DNA of 64,000 bases from an uncultured delta proteobacterium (GCA_963706575.1 CAVPNL010000018.1:128001-192000); one strand, 5' to 3'. Positions 33,770-44,899 are shown, counted from the stretch's first letter. The notes: a model not told the origin generated them from the sequence alone. A program made the numbers and translations.

Positions 33770-35119
33770 TTACTTCTTTTTTGCTTTTTTTGCCTCTTTT
33801 TTGGCTTTGGGTTTATCGGGCGTTTCGGGCTTCACATCAGTAATTGTGCTACTATCAATAATAAGTTTGATCGCCTTTTTTTCAAGTAAGGTATGCTTGA
33901 AATACCTCAGCTTATCCGGATTTTGATCATAGAATTTCTTGATTTCTTCCAGCGGCTGGTTAAAGCTTTCAGACATCTCCTCCAGCCCGCCTTCCAGCTC
34001 CTCATCGTCAAGGTCGAGGCTTTCCTGATCGATGATTTTCCCCAGAATGAGGTGGCGTTTAACCTGCTTCAAGGCCGTGTCGCGGTATTTTTCAGCAATC
34101 GTCTCTTTTGAAAGCCCCATTTCCTCCATGGACGTGTTGCGATAGGCAAAAGAGCGCTCGGCCTCCTCGACGATTCCCTGAAGCTCCATCTCGACCATGG
34201 CGTCGGGTACTTCAAACTCCGTTCCGGCAATTAAGGTGGTGAAAACCTGCTCATTGAGTTCCTGCTCGGTTCGTTTTTCGTAACCCTGTTTTAAATTATC
34301 CAGAATCACTTTTTTCAGGTCATCCAGCGATTGATAGGGGCCTGCTTTTTTGGCCAGTGCATCATTAATCGGCGGTAAAATCTCCTTGCGGATTTCGTTC
34401 AGCACCACCTGAAAATCAATTTCCTGGTCGGCCAATTTTTCGTTGGGGAAATCTTTGTCAAATTTTAGGCTAAACGCTTTGGATTCACCCGACTTCATAC
34501 CGATTAGCTGGTCGTCAAAATCTTTGGAAATAATCGCCTTGCCGATTTGCAGGCTAAAATTTTCAGCATCGCTAAATTCCGCCACGGGCTCTCCATTCTG
34601 GGAGCCTTTCAGGTCGAGGGAGACAAAATCCTCTTTTCGGGCCGTCCGATCTTCAGAAACTTTTTCCTGTTGGGCCATTCCCTTCTGGAGCGATTTAAGC
34701 TGAATGTCCACCTCGTCGTCGCTGGCGGCATGCAGTGTACGTTTGAGCTTCAGCCCTTTAAAATCGATATCTTCGATTTCGGGAGTGATCTCAACGGTGG
34801 CATCATATTTATAGGGGCTGTCGGCTACCAGCTCGGGCGGGTCCAGCTCGGGGTTACCGACGATATTTAGCTCGGTCTCCTTGATGGCATCGATAAATGA
34901 ACTTTGAATCAGCTTGGAGGATACATCGGCATGCACATCCTTTTTAAACATTCTTTCCAGAACCGACCGCGGAACTTTTCCCGGCCGGAAACCCTTTACT
35001 TTGGCGCTTTTTTTTAACTGATTATAGGCTTTGTCCAGTTCCCGGATAACTTCATCCTGTGGAATTTCAATATGGAGTGTTTTCTTGACGCTGCTGACAT
35101 CTTCAACTTTAAATGGCAT
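33770..35119 (-). CDS. tig: Trigger factor
   Basis: GFRPGKVP; tig-clpP-clpX-lon synteny. Confidence 0.96.
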   Translation of the reverse strand: MPFKVEDVSSVKKTLHIEIPQDEVIRELDKAYNQLKKSAKVKGFRPGKVPRSVLERMFKKDVHADVSSKLIQSSFIDAIKETELNIVGNPELDPPELVADSPYKYDATVEITPEIEDIDFKGLKLKRTLHAASDDEVDIQLKSLQKGMAQQEKVSEDRTARKEDFVSLDLKGSQNGEPVAEFSDAENFSLQIGKAIISKDFDDQLIGMKSGESKAFSLKFDKDFPNEKLADQEIDFQVVLNEIRKEILPPINDALAKKAGPYQSLDDLKKVILDNLKQGYEKRTEQELNEQVFTTLIAGTEFEVPDAMVEMELQGIVEEAERSFAYRNTSMEEMGLSKETIAEKYRDTALKQVKRHLILGKIIDQESLDLDDEELEGGLEEMSESFNQPLEEIKKFYDQNPDKLRYFKHTLLEKKAIKLIIDSSTITDVKPETPDKPKAKKEAKKAKKK

Positions 35120-35322
35120 AATGTTTCCAGTTCAACAAAATTTAAGCGCCTTGTAGAATATATTCACCACAAAGTTCGCAGAGCACACAGAGGATATCAC
35201 GAAAAAATTTTTAAGCTTCTTACCCCTTAGATCCAATCTCAGTGTTCTCTGCGCTCTCTGTGGTAAAAAAACCAGCACGACCTAAAGTCCGATCGTATCA
35301 AGGCACTTTTTAATAATTAATG

Positions 35323-35409
35323 TGGTGCGAGAGGGGAGACTTGAACTCCCACTCTGTTTCCAGAGCTGGATCCTAAGTCCAGTGCGTCTACCAATTCCGC
35401 CACTCTCGC
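35323..35409 (-). tRNA. tRNA-Leu(TAG)
   Basis: 87 nt, long variable arm, CTGGA-CTTAGGA-TCCAG anticodon arm and CCA end. Confidence 0.96.
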
Positions 35410-35645
35410 ATTTGCATATGAAAAAAGGAATCCAGGCAAGTGATTTGGGCAGACTGACCTTGGAGGATAAAATTTTCATTCAAGATTCTTTGGACTTTAA
35501 CGGCTGAACCCAGTACCCAAATCCGTTAAATCTCAGTATAAAAGACAAAACAGATAATGTCAATCTTATCGGCTGTCAAGTAAAATATGCGGACAGCCTG
35601 CCTTACGGTGTTGAAAAAAAAGATTGAATTTTATATAAAAATAAG

Positions 35646-36464
35646 ATGCCATTCGGAATCATGCAAGTTACAAATCCGTTAGTTAGCCGACTCCGGGAAA
35701 TGGATATGCCTCCCGCAAAAGGATTTTTCTTGAGCCCGCATGCAATGCCGGCAATTCTTTTCATTTTATTCATTTGCATCTTAGTGCCCGCAGCAAATGC
35801 CAAACAGCCGTTCTTTGAAAAGGATAGGCCGGTGGTCGTAATTGATCCGGGGCATGGCGGAACTAACGCCGGTGCGAAAGGCCCAAACAATACGCTGGAA
35901 AAAACAGTCACGCTGAACCTGGCTCACATACTCGCACAACAGCTGAAAGCCCGCTACCGGGTGGTTTTAACCCGAAATGGGGATTATGGGCTCGACCATT
36001 CGAGCCGCACGGCGGTGGCCAATCACGCCAAAGCGGAAATTTTTATCAGTCTGCACACCGGTAGCAGCTTTATCCACAATATCACTGGATCGACTGTGTT
36101 TTTTTATCAGCCATTTCAGGAGTCTGCCTTAACGACTGAAACCCATGCCTCAAAGCCGCTTCAGGATAGCAATCCGGCCGTTAGCTGGGGAATGATCCAG
36201 ACAAAATACCGTATAACAAGCGAAAAACTGGCCGGTCAGATACATTTCCGGCTGTCGGCGCTCTGGCAGCCGCAGGATGTTAAAGTTCAGGGAACGCCGC
36301 TGCTGGTTCTTGAAGGCGCCGATATGCCGGCTGTGGCAATCGAAATCGGAAACCTGCCAAATCCAACCTCAGAAAAAGCGCTGGGAGACCCCCGGTTTCT
36401 GTCTCGCATCGCCGAGGCGATCATTGGCGGAATTGATGCCTTTTTTGGCGAAAAGCCAAAATAA
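35646..36464 (+). CDS. N-acetylmuramoyl-L-alanine amidase (Amidase_3); start uncertain
   Basis: IDPGHGG, LEK, ISLH and IEIG zinc/catalytic residues. Confidence 0.88.
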   Translation: MPFGIMQVTNPLVSRLREMDMPPAKGFFLSPHAMPAILFILFICILVPAANAKQPFFEKDRPVVVIDPGHGGTNAGAKGPNNTLEKTVTLNLAHILAQQLKARYRVVLTRNGDYGLDHSSRTAVANHAKAEIFISLHTGSSFIHNITGSTVFFYQPFQESALTTETHASKPLQDSNPAVSWGMIQTKYRITSEKLAGQIHFRLSALWQPQDVKVQGTPLLVLEGADMPAVAIEIGNLPNPTSEKALGDPRFLSRIAEAIIGGIDAFFGEKPK

Positions 36465-36705
36465 GCTGGAAAGCTTGGAGGCTTGGAAGCTGGAAGGCTA
36501 TAAAGCCAGGAGGCCAGAAAGCTATAAAGCTTTGAAGCTAAAAGCCTGGAAAGCTAATTTATATGCATAAGGGCAAGCTTTACAGCTTCCAGGCTTCCCA
36601 GCCTGCCAGCAGATGGAGCTTTCGGGCTTCCCAGCTTTATAGCCTCCCAGCCTTTTGAGAGGCTTGCAACGGCAGAAAAAGCATGGTAATGAGTCTCCCT
36701 CGGAT

Positions 36706-36782
<77 letters not shown>

Positions 36783-36974
36783 GCCTTCCCTTCTGATTTT
36801 CCATTAGCCACGGACACACACGGACTCACACAGAATTTGTTAAATGGTCAAATGGTCGATTCGTTAAACAGCTAAAAAAAGGAATACATCCATCGACAAA
36901 TTGACCAATCAACCAATCAACAATTTAACAAAAGTGAAAAGATTTGACTGAATCTAATCTGCGTGCATCTGCGG

Positions 36975-37424
36975 TTAAATATTCTTCTTTATGGATTTTA
37001 TTAAGGCAGGAGCGGTGAGGATGACAAGCAGATCACCCACCGGCCCGTTGCAAAGCAGGGTGACACCCGAAAGCAAAACCGACCAGATCATGACTTCAGA
37101 TTTTACCAACATGGCGCTGAAAGCTTGCGGGGTAAAGAAAAAGATAACCAGATTAATCGCACAGACAGCAACAGCTCCCCAGACTGCCCATTTACGCATA
37201 TTCCATATACCGATTCCGCAAATAATCAAGGGTAACATCCCCAGCAGGTATTTGGCGCCTAAAAAACTCAGCAGGCTCCCCGACATATTCGGCTCATAGG
37301 CCAGCCAGATTATACCTTTAAATATGCACAGCCAACCCACTGCCCAGATTTGCCACGGGAATTCGACACTCATTCTCTCGGACGGAAAAATCTGAAACTT
37401 ACTTTTCTCCATTATCGGCACCAT
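36975..37424 (-). CDS. Hypothetical membrane protein
   Basis: 149-aa ORF with about 4 TM. Confidence 0.7.
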   Translation of the reverse strand: MVPIMEKSKFQIFPSERMSVEFPWQIWAVGWLCIFKGIIWLAYEPNMSGSLLSFLGAKYLLGMLPLIICGIGIWNMRKWAVWGAVAVCAINLVIFFFTPQAFSAMLVKSEVMIWSVLLSGVTLLCNGPVGDLLVILTAPALIKSIKKNI

Positions 37425-37454
37425 TTCCTGCTGCTTATCAATTTGTTTTCAATC

Positions 37455-37600
37455 AAGAACCCATCTCAAAAATAGGATTTTGGTTCAAGATCGCGGCGGG
37501 GCCAAGCTTAAAACCGGAGGCATACTGTTGTATGTTGAGGATTTTAAGCGAGGCACCAACAAAGATATTGGGCCAAAAGACATTTTTGAGATGAGTTCTA
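37455..37600. mobile_element. MITE-like element of the TCTCAAAA terminal-repeat family
   Basis: AGAACCCATCTCAAAAAT / ATTTTTGAGATGAGTTCT inverted termini with a palindromic interior. Confidence 0.78.
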
Positions 37601-37798
37601 ATTGGATTAGGTATTCATAGGGAATTAATTGGTTCGGGTCAATTAAAAAGCAGACGGGATTAGTTTAAATAGCTCGATATTCGTCAAATCGTTAATTAGT
37701 CGAATCGTCAAATAGGTAAAAATGGATATAATCATTTGACTAATTGACCATTTAACCAATTAACTAATCAACAAATAGCGAATTGGCTGATTGGAATG

Positions 37799-38410
37799 TC
37801 AGCTCAGCAAATTAACGATAGCCAGGGTAATGATCAGAAATGAGATAACAGCGCCGGCCATGCCGAAAAAAAAAGGATGGCGGAAAAAAAGAACGTCCAG
37901 TTCGGGGCCGTTGCGATCCAGTTTTTCAAAAAAAGTCCGTGTTTCAAACCAGGAATTCATTTTAGCCTCGATTGCCTGCATTTTTTCCGGCTTAAATAAC
38001 AGAAAGAGACCGGATACCAGACCAAGGATGCATGCAAGCCTGGCAACCCAGGCAAAAAAGATAAAAATCACCTCAAGGGTCATGAAATATTTGCGGGATC
38101 CGAGGAACACTTTCGCAAAGTTGGATAAATCAATATTAAAAAAGAAAAAGATGAGGGCAAAGATTGACCCCGCAACAAGGCATAAGCCGACAATAATATG
38201 ATGGCTGTATATTAATGCCTCCGTGGAAATTTCTCTGTCCAGAAGGTTAATTTTGGGTTCGACGCTGATGTTGCGATTAAAAAAACTGCTGAGGGATTTT
38301 GTCAGGCGGGGCGAAAAAAGAAGCAGCAGGGAAAATGCCATCCCCAGAATACCAAATAGCAAAGTTAAAATTTCCACCGTATCTAACGCAATATCCCAGA
38401 AGATTTCCAT
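37799..38410 (-). CDS. Hypothetical membrane protein with an internal duplication
   Basis: About 4 TM; two repeats of LLLFxP...N...LD...HxxxG. Confidence 0.75.
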   Translation of the reverse strand: MEIFWDIALDTVEILTLLFGILGMAFSLLLLFSPRLTKSLSSFFNRNISVEPKINLLDREISTEALIYSHHIIVGLCLVAGSIFALIFFFFNIDLSNFAKVFLGSRKYFMTLEVIFIFFAWVARLACILGLVSGLFLLFKPEKMQAIEAKMNSWFETRTFFEKLDRNGPELDVLFFRHPFFFGMAGAVISFLIITLAIVNLLS

Positions 38411-38494
38411 TGTATATCCCTTACATGTATGGTTGCAAATTTGAACCGGCCTTGTTTTTGGTATCGCCGGTTTTTAAAAGAACTTAAGCCGGTT

Positions 38495-39229
38495 TTATTT
38501 TTGCGTCAGTTTATTGGCAAGATAAACAACATGAGAATTAGCGATGGCCTTCAATTTTTTCCGAACAACACGGGAATAATATTCACGTTCGGTTTTGGTA
38601 AATGATTGACTGTTTAACTTTTTAAATACCAGATCCTTTTGTTTGGGTGAAAAAAGCCAGTCCAGGCAGGCATTCAGCTCAGGGGACCGTCGCAACATAT
38701 CCTTTTTAGTCTCCCTGTCGGAAGTCCCGCCCGTACTTTCCAAAGCGGCATTTTTAATTTTGAGAGTGTAATCCTTTAAGGTATTTTGAATATCTTTGAT
38801 TGAGATCGTCATACCGCTGCTCAGTGAAAGCAATCTCCCCGACTTCAAGGAGCCGTACTTTGCCTTTAGCGACCGCACTATTTTCTTGAGGTTTTGCGGA
38901 GCTTCAATTCCCTCAAGATCGAATAATTCACCACTGATTAGCAGCAGTTTTTCCAGATTTTTCTTTTTGGGACTCGATTCCCAGTATTTAGAAAACAATG
39001 CGTGGCTGTTGAGTGAAACGCCGTTGCGAGCGCAGATGCTCAGTACAACCGGGAATCGGACCACCAAAGCCGGATCGTTGGAGCTGGCAAGCGCATCAAG
39101 AATAACGGTTGCCTGGCTTCCGGTGAGCCGCTTTTGACTGGAATCGGCCAAAAGCGAATCGAGTATCCGCAATACAGCATCCGGACCGCCGGTTTTGCCC
39201 GCTGATGCATGGACAGCGTTTGTTTTCAT
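38495..39229 (-). CDS. Hypothetical protein with a basic helical C-terminus, possibly nucleic-acid binding
   Basis: 244-aa ORF ending in LFSPKQK...TKTEREYYSRVVRKKL. Confidence 0.7.
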   Translation of the reverse strand: MKTNAVHASAGKTGGPDAVLRILDSLLADSSQKRLTGSQATVILDALASSNDPALVVRFPVVLSICARNGVSLNSHALFSKYWESSPKKKNLEKLLLISGELFDLEGIEAPQNLKKIVRSLKAKYGSLKSGRLLSLSSGMTISIKDIQNTLKDYTLKIKNAALESTGGTSDRETKKDMLRRSPELNACLDWLFSPKQKDLVFKKLNSQSFTKTEREYYSRVVRKKLKAIANSHVVYLANKLTQK

Positions 39230-39401
39230 TTGCTAAAAGAAACTCCCGGAACCAATTAATCTTCTAAATATCCAATTTTTCACTAAATAATAGAATACCC
39301 TATTCCAGGCATTTTATCAAATAAAAATTGTATTTATTTATACAAACTACCCTTGAAGAGATTCAGAGGAATTTGAAGAGAGAGGAGGGAAAGAAGGAAG
39401 T

Positions 39402-39585
39402 GGCTAAAGCCTAAACCAAGTGCGCTAAAGTTGGAAGTGAACTAAAGTGACTAAAGTTAAGGAATTCTGCCATTTCTATAAAAGACGGAGTAACACGCGG
39501 CGCAAGCGCCTGCGCTGCGCGAGCGACACCAAAACTTTAGGCACTTTAGCTCACTTTAGTCATTTTAGTCACTTTAGGCACTTCG
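39402..39585. repeat. Inverted 9-mer shell (CTAAAGT / ACTTTAG) with GC-rich core; reverse-oriented relative at about 51110-51295
   Basis: Shared core acacgcggcgcaagcgc...gcgcgagcg and ggaattct...tataaaaga. Confidence 0.75.
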
Positions 39586-39588
39586 GAA

Positions 39589-40956
39589 CTACTTTCGGTA
39601 GACGCGCTTCCTGGCACTGGCCGCTTTCTTGAGCGTAGCCACTTTTTCATCCACGTAATCAAATACTCTGGCATATTTTTTCCCGGGTGCCGGGCGCAGA
39701 ACCCGGCCGAGATACTGAAGCAAGCGCCCGCTGAATTTTATCGGGGTCGCCAGAAATAAGGTGGTCAGGTCTTTACAATCAAAACCTTCCCCGATTAACT
39801 GCCCCGTGGCAATCAGTATTTTAACCCGGCCTTGATTGATTCGCTCGAGGACCTTTTGGCGTTCGGCTTCATCGAGATCGCCGGTGAGCAATTCGGATTC
39901 CTGCTTGAACCGATATCGCAGCATAGACTGCAGATTCATACAATGGGCCTTGCGATCGGAGAGGATCAGGCAAATTCCTGAATTTTTAGACGCCTGTTCG
40001 GCAACGTCTGAAGCGATCAGCTTGTTTCTGTCCGTATCGGTGGTAAGTTCGGCCACCATCTTGCTGTATTCACTTACCGGATCACAACGGGTGGCGAAAT
40101 TGGTATGGCGAAAAACCACTTTCGCAGGCAAGACATCACCGGTTTCAATTAATTGGCTTTTTTCCACCTCGTGGTGTTTATCGCCCAGGTGCCAGAAAAT
40201 TAATTTGGAAAGCTGATCCCGCCGATACGGTGTGGCGGAAAGGCCGAGCATATATTGAGAATCGAAACAGGAGACCGCCTCGGTGAAGGTACGACTTGGA
40301 CATCGATGGCATTCGTCAACAAGTAAAAAGCCAATACTCTCAGCAACCTCATCGGCACATTTGTAAAGTGACTGCACCAGCGCAACGGTAATCTTTTCAC
40401 CGACGCGTTTCTTACCGCCCCCGATAAAGCCGATATCCTCGGATTCGATACCAATAAAAGTTCCGATACGCTCAACCCATTGGGCGGCGAGTTCTTTAGT
40501 GTGAACGGTGATCAGTGCCGGTTGCTTTCGCTTCGCGATCATGTAAAGGGCCATGACCGTTTTGCCGGAACCGGTGGCAGAGCTCAGGGTCCCGAAATCT
40601 TTAGCCAGCATTTTATCCACAGCAACTTTCTGAAAAGGCTTTAGCCGGCCGCGGAAGACGAAATTCACCGGTTTGAGTCTGCGCCGTTGATCATCGATAC
40701 GGAATTGAATTCCCTGCCGGCGGCACAGATTAATTAAATGCCGGATATAGCCGCGCGGTATCCACAGTCCGGTTCGGCCGACTTTATCGTAAAACTTGAG
40801 AACCCGGGGAGTGCCCCGATTCCAGCGGCCCATACGGTCATTTTCCAGCCATTTGGGGTTGAGGAACTCAAGTTTCTCGACAAGTGTCTCCATGATTTCC
40901 GGAGGGACGTTTTGGAGCTGCAAATTTTCTTTGATGGTAATGATCAAAGGGGCCAT
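39589..40956 (-). CDS. Superfamily 2 DEAD/DEAH-box helicase
   Basis: SATGSGKT, DECH, LSATP and QYLGRVLR; start reset to MAPLII because the longer ORF begins inside a repeat. Confidence 0.9.
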   Translation of the reverse strand: MAPLIITIKENLQLQNVPPEIMETLVEKLEFLNPKWLENDRMGRWNRGTPRVLKFYDKVGRTGLWIPRGYIRHLINLCRRQGIQFRIDDQRRRLKPVNFVFRGRLKPFQKVAVDKMLAKDFGTLSSATGSGKTVMALYMIAKRKQPALITVHTKELAAQWVERIGTFIGIESEDIGFIGGGKKRVGEKITVALVQSLYKCADEVAESIGFLLVDECHRCPSRTFTEAVSCFDSQYMLGLSATPYRRDQLSKLIFWHLGDKHHEVEKSQLIETGDVLPAKVVFRHTNFATRCDPVSEYSKMVAELTTDTDRNKLIASDVAEQASKNSGICLILSDRKAHCMNLQSMLRYRFKQESELLTGDLDEAERQKVLERINQGRVKILIATGQLIGEGFDCKDLTTLFLATPIKFSGRLLQYLGRVLRPAPGKKYARVFDYVDEKVATLKKAASARKRVYRK

Positions 40957-41097
40957 AAAGCGGGTGATATGTGAAAGATTGAGATTAATTAGCCACAGAC
41001 CCACACAGACTCACACTAACTTTTTGGTCGTCCAAAAAAAATAATGTCTGTGTGGGTCTGTGGCTATTAAAAAATCAGTCTTAAATCTGCATAGAGA

Positions 41098-41361
41098 TTA
41101 ATCAGACTGCTTGTCCTCTTTTATCAGTGCCTGTGCAATCTGAATATCATAGGCCTGTTTGGGGTCAAAATCCTTTGCCTGATATATTCCCTCGGCCTTT
41201 TTGATCGCATCGTAGGGAACCCAGCCGTGCTCGTCCCACAGCTCCGGATCGTCGGAATTCCACATCCGAAACCAGATCTCTTCCACCCCTTCACGAACGT
41301 ACATTCGCACCTTTTTGTTCAATGGAAAAGGGTAGTAATATAAGCCTTTTTCGTCTTTCAT
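41098..41361 (-). CDS. Hypothetical protein
   Basis: 87-aa ORF: GLYYYP...RMYVR...FRMWN...WDEHGWVP. Confidence 0.75.
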   Translation of the reverse strand: MKDEKGLYYYPFPLNKKVRMYVREGVEEIWFRMWNSDDPELWDEHGWVPYDAIKKAEGIYQAKDFDPKQAYDIQIAQALIKEDKQSD

Positions 41362-41409
41362 GGTTCACGTTCCAGAGAGCACGTTCAAAGATTGCAAAGT
41401 GTCAGTCAA

Positions 41410-41606
41410 CTGGTTCGAAGGTTCAACGTTCAAGGGTTCAGAGGTTTTTTTTGCCGTTACCCGTTTTATTGGTTTAATTCGTTTCATTGGTTAAATTCGT
41501 TAAATAACCGAACCAATCGAACCAATTAGACCAATTGAACTAATGAAACTGGCCTTTAGGCTTTTATCCTTGAACCTTTGAACCCTGAACCCAGAACCTT
41601 TGAACC
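41410..41606. repeat. Composite shell (heptamer arms enclosing 9-mer arms); inverted near-copy at 43735-43940, relative at 46370-46568
   Basis: Reverse complement matches 43770-43880, including the non-repetitive junction aggataaa.gcctaaaggccagtttcatt. Confidence 0.85.
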
Positions 41607-41615
41607 TAGCTCGCG

Positions 41616-42680
41616 CTATATGATGCCTCTTTCCTGCATGATGCGTATATAGGTTTCTACTCCGCTTTTCGGCGGGTCGTAAAGCTTGTCGTCATCTTTC
41701 TTGACGAGCTGAATGGCCTCTGTCGGGCAGGTCGTCACACACAGCCCGCAGCCGATGCAGCGATTCAGCAGTACGGCCGAAATGCCGTCGATCACCTCAA
41801 CGGCTTCCATCTGGCAGCGGTCCACACAGGTTTCACACCCCGTACAGAGCTCTTCATCCACCTGTGCGTAATAATTGCTCTGCACGGCCTCCGCCGGATT
41901 CGGCTGCTTTTTCAACGCGCGCAGCATCCCGCAGCAGTCACCGCAACAGCTGCACATTCCGCCAATTTTTTTGGAATTAAACGGCTGCATTACCAGACCG
42001 GCTTCTTCATTATTGATAACGATCTGTTTGGCTTCATCTTTGGTGACAAAGCGGCCCAAGCCGTTCTCAACATAATATTCAGCATGGGAACCAAATGAAA
42101 AACAGTTGTCATTGGGCTTGTCGCAATCATGGCCGGCAAGTTTGGTCTGGGTCCGGCAGACACAGGGTGTAATGGCAATTTTTTCCTGGCTTTCAATAAT
42201 CTGCAGAACATCTTCATAGGGTGCAATCGGCCAGTCGGCAACAATCTTTCGATTGATAGGAACCGTTCGTAAAATCGGTGTTTTAAAAGATTGAGCATTT
42301 GCCAAAAAAGCCTGTTCGAAATACGCTTCATTATCGCGTGCAAAGGTTTCATCCATTGATTTAACCTGGAATTCAAATATCCCGACCACATAAGGTATAA
42401 CGGCATAACGCACCCGATCGCCATCGCGTTTCCGAAAAAGCAATCCCTTTTTCGCCATTTGCTCCATCAAAACGGCGACTTCATCCGGCTCCCGGTTCAG
42501 CCGCTTGGCGGCATCATCCGGCGACTCCAGCAAAGGATGAAGCTGCACGAAAAAATCCGCTTCCGTTTCGGTAAACAGGCGTTTCAACAATCTGATTTCG
42601 ATTTTGTTTTCGGTTTGCGGTAAACCGACTGCCAGCTCGTCCAATCGTGCCCGCAGCCGCTCGTACACATCACTCATCAT
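41616..42680 (-). CDS. 4Fe-4S dicluster protein with an N-terminal HTH-like region
   Basis: CVCR, CSCCGDCC, CTGCETCVDRC and CIGCGLCVTTCP. Confidence 0.88.
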   Translation of the reverse strand: MMSDVYERLRARLDELAVGLPQTENKIEIRLLKRLFTETEADFFVQLHPLLESPDDAAKRLNREPDEVAVLMEQMAKKGLLFRKRDGDRVRYAVIPYVVGIFEFQVKSMDETFARDNEAYFEQAFLANAQSFKTPILRTVPINRKIVADWPIAPYEDVLQIIESQEKIAITPCVCRTQTKLAGHDCDKPNDNCFSFGSHAEYYVENGLGRFVTKDEAKQIVINNEEAGLVMQPFNSKKIGGMCSCCGDCCGMLRALKKQPNPAEAVQSNYYAQVDEELCTGCETCVDRCQMEAVEVIDGISAVLLNRCIGCGLCVTTCPTEAIQLVKKDDDKLYDPPKSGVETYIRIMQERGII

Positions 42681-42948
42681 TCATCCTTTCAAATAGTTAA
42701 TAACTAATCGCAGATGTCTCAAACAATTCAATCGATGAAAAACACTTATGGTACTTTATCAGCATGTTTTATTAGTTTAATTGGTTCGATTGGTTCAATT
42801 TGTTAAAAAACGACCAACGTGAACTTCATTGCCAACTAATAAAACCAATAAAACAAATTTAACCAATTGAACTTGGGCCTTCAGAGATTGTACATCTGCA
42901 GACAATTTGAATCATGCATATACAGGTAACCCGCAAAGTTTGCAACAA

Positions 42949-43719
42949 TCAAAGCCCGTGGTGGTCCAGAAACTCGATGATGGCCTGATTGACCTCCTGA
43001 GGCTTTTCCATCGGGGCGATGTGGCCCGCCCCCATAATATGTTTCCGGATGGCATTTGGGATGCCATCTTCTAAAAACTGGGCATATTTAGGCGGTGTCA
43101 ACTTGTCCTCTTCAGCTGAAATGATAAGTACCGGAATGCTTATTTCGCCCAGCCTTCCCATCACGTTGAACTGGTTGCAAGCCTGAAAATCACCATAGGT
43201 GACCTTGGGCGGGCAATCGATCATGTCTTTCTTGTAAAGCTGGATCTTTTGAGCATCTGTTTTCTCGGAAGTCGCAAATTTATATGCCATCTCTACAAAG
43301 GCAGCATAGTCATTTTCAATGGTTTCAAAAATCGCCGGCAAAACCTTGAGTCTGGCACCGGTTCCGATCAGAATACCGGCCCCGAAGCTGTTCGCAAAAT
43401 CCAGCAGAAGCTGCTGGACAATAGCACCGCCCAGGCTCAAACCGCAAAGAATCGCTTTGGGTGCATCTATGGCTTCAATAAATTCAACCACCACCCGGCT
43501 GTAATCGGTAATTGTATCTTTTCCGTCCTTACCGCTTCTGCCGTGGCCGGGCAGATCAAGTGCCACCGTATTCAACTGCTCGGCAAGGCCTTCCACCTGT
43601 GCCTTCCAAAAATGGCCGGTACCGCCGGAACCGTGAATAAAAACAATTGTCGATTTTTCAGTATCCAACGGCCACCGGTTTGCAATGAAGCCGATTCCAC
43701 CGATTTCCCTTTCCTCCAT
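42949..43719 (-). CDS. Alpha/beta hydrolase
   Basis: FIHGSGG, DLPGHG, GLSLGG and GAGH; start MEERE follows AGGAGG. Confidence 0.9.
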   Translation of the reverse strand: MEEREIGGIGFIANRWPLDTEKSTIVFIHGSGGTGHFWKAQVEGLAEQLNTVALDLPGHGRSGKDGKDTITDYSRVVVEFIEAIDAPKAILCGLSLGGAIVQQLLLDFANSFGAGILIGTGARLKVLPAIFETIENDYAAFVEMAYKFATSEKTDAQKIQLYKKDMIDCPPKVTYGDFQACNQFNVMGRLGEISIPVLIISAEEDKLTPPKYAQFLEDGIPNAIRKHIMGAGHIAPMEKPQEVNQAIIEFLDHHGL

Positions 43720-43944
43720 CTGTCCTCCTATATCGGGTTCTGGGTTCAAGGTTCAGGGTGCAGAGGTTTAAGGATAAAGGCCTAAAGGCCAGTTTCATTT
43801 GTTCAATTGGTCTGATTGGTTCGATTGGTTCAGTTATTAAACTAATTTAACCAATTAAACTAATTAGACCCATAAAACGGCTTAAACCATCCCCTCAGAA
43901 AAAAGAACCCTTGAACCTTTTAACGCTGAATCTTGAACCTGATT

Positions 43945-44307
43945 TTAACCCTCAAAATTCACCTGTTGCACCGAATCTTTTTTCGATATCAACCGCCGGA
44001 TTCCTGACTGAACGTCCGCATCCCGTATCGGCTCCACACGTGATACAAAGAGATCATCACGGCCGGTTTTATATTTCCATTCTCTAATGTACCCCGGCAC
44101 CAGCGCATAGGTGCAGCCCCCCGGACCGCAGCATGAGGCGTCTACAACCGCACAACCGATAAAATATAGCACTTGCCGGCCGTTATACGACAGCCGCTTT
44201 TCCTGGCTCAAGATATAGTGGCCGCTGATCGTCCTGACCGCTTTATTTAAAACCGGATGAATAAAATCTATTGGGACAAGCTGTCCTTCCACAGGCATTC
44301 CTTTCAT
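43945..44307 (-). CDS. Hypothetical Cys-motif protein; start uncertain
   Basis: HP.L...ISGHY...VDASCCGPGGC.YALVPG. Confidence 0.65.
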   Translation of the reverse strand: MKGMPVEGQLVPIDFIHPVLNKAVRTISGHYILSQEKRLSYNGRQVLYFIGCAVVDASCCGPGGCTYALVPGYIREWKYKTGRDDLFVSRVEPIRDADVQSGIRRLISKKDSVQQVNFEG

Positions 44308-44370
44308 CCCGCAAGGAATATAGATAAAACACCCCACCATTGTCAATCGTATCGGATTTTATTTGTATTT

Positions 44371-44656
44371 AACCGCGAGACATGCGCAGACGATCGCAGA
44401 CTTTTTAATCGCGCGACCCGCGCGATTAAAAGATACGTTATCCCGCTGGCGCGTGATAAAAACATACTTATATATGACTTAAAGAGGATACATATAGTTT
44501 ATAAGCAAAAGTTGAAAACCCAAATAGAAGTTTAATAGCACGGCGAATTTATGCAGTCACATAAATATTATTAATCGTGAAGCGATTGACGTGTTTTTTG
44601 CCGGCCGGGTTGGCCGGGAAAAAGGTCTGCGCGAGTCTGCGTTCGTCTGCGGTTAA
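44371..44656. repeat. About 285-bp inverted-repeat element AACCGCGAGAC...GTCTGCGGTT; left end repeated at 59159-59206, right end related to 18236-18316
   Basis: Shared cgcagactttttaatcgcgcgacc and aatcg.gaagcgattgac...aaaaggtctg. Confidence 0.8.
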
Positions 44657-44871
44657 ATAAAAAATCATAATAATCCTGCAAATCCTGTCTAAAAATCAAT
44701 CTGCGTATGTCAGCGGGTAATTGGCTTAAGTCGGCGAATCAATTGCGATTTGCAAAAATTCTGACTTCAATGCGCAAATAGCGACAAAAACCCGACAAAG
44801 TTCACCGTCCGGCTCAACCGAAAACCTTATAACAATTTGAATTTAATCCATTATTTTTAAAAAGATGAATT

Positions 44872-44887
44872 TGGTCCGGTTCTTGCT
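44872..44887 (+). promoter_or_regulatory. Putative sigma-54 promoter
   Basis: TGGTCCGGTTCTTGCT (GG-N10-GC) with an AT-rich IHF-like tract upstream. Confidence 0.55.
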
Positions 44888-44899
44888 ATGTATATTCAT

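Noticed and set aside
38495..40956. Helicase plus hypothetical protein as an anti-phage defence system
   Set aside because: No nuclease, methylase or other defence motifs, and the genes are separated by a repeat-filled gap
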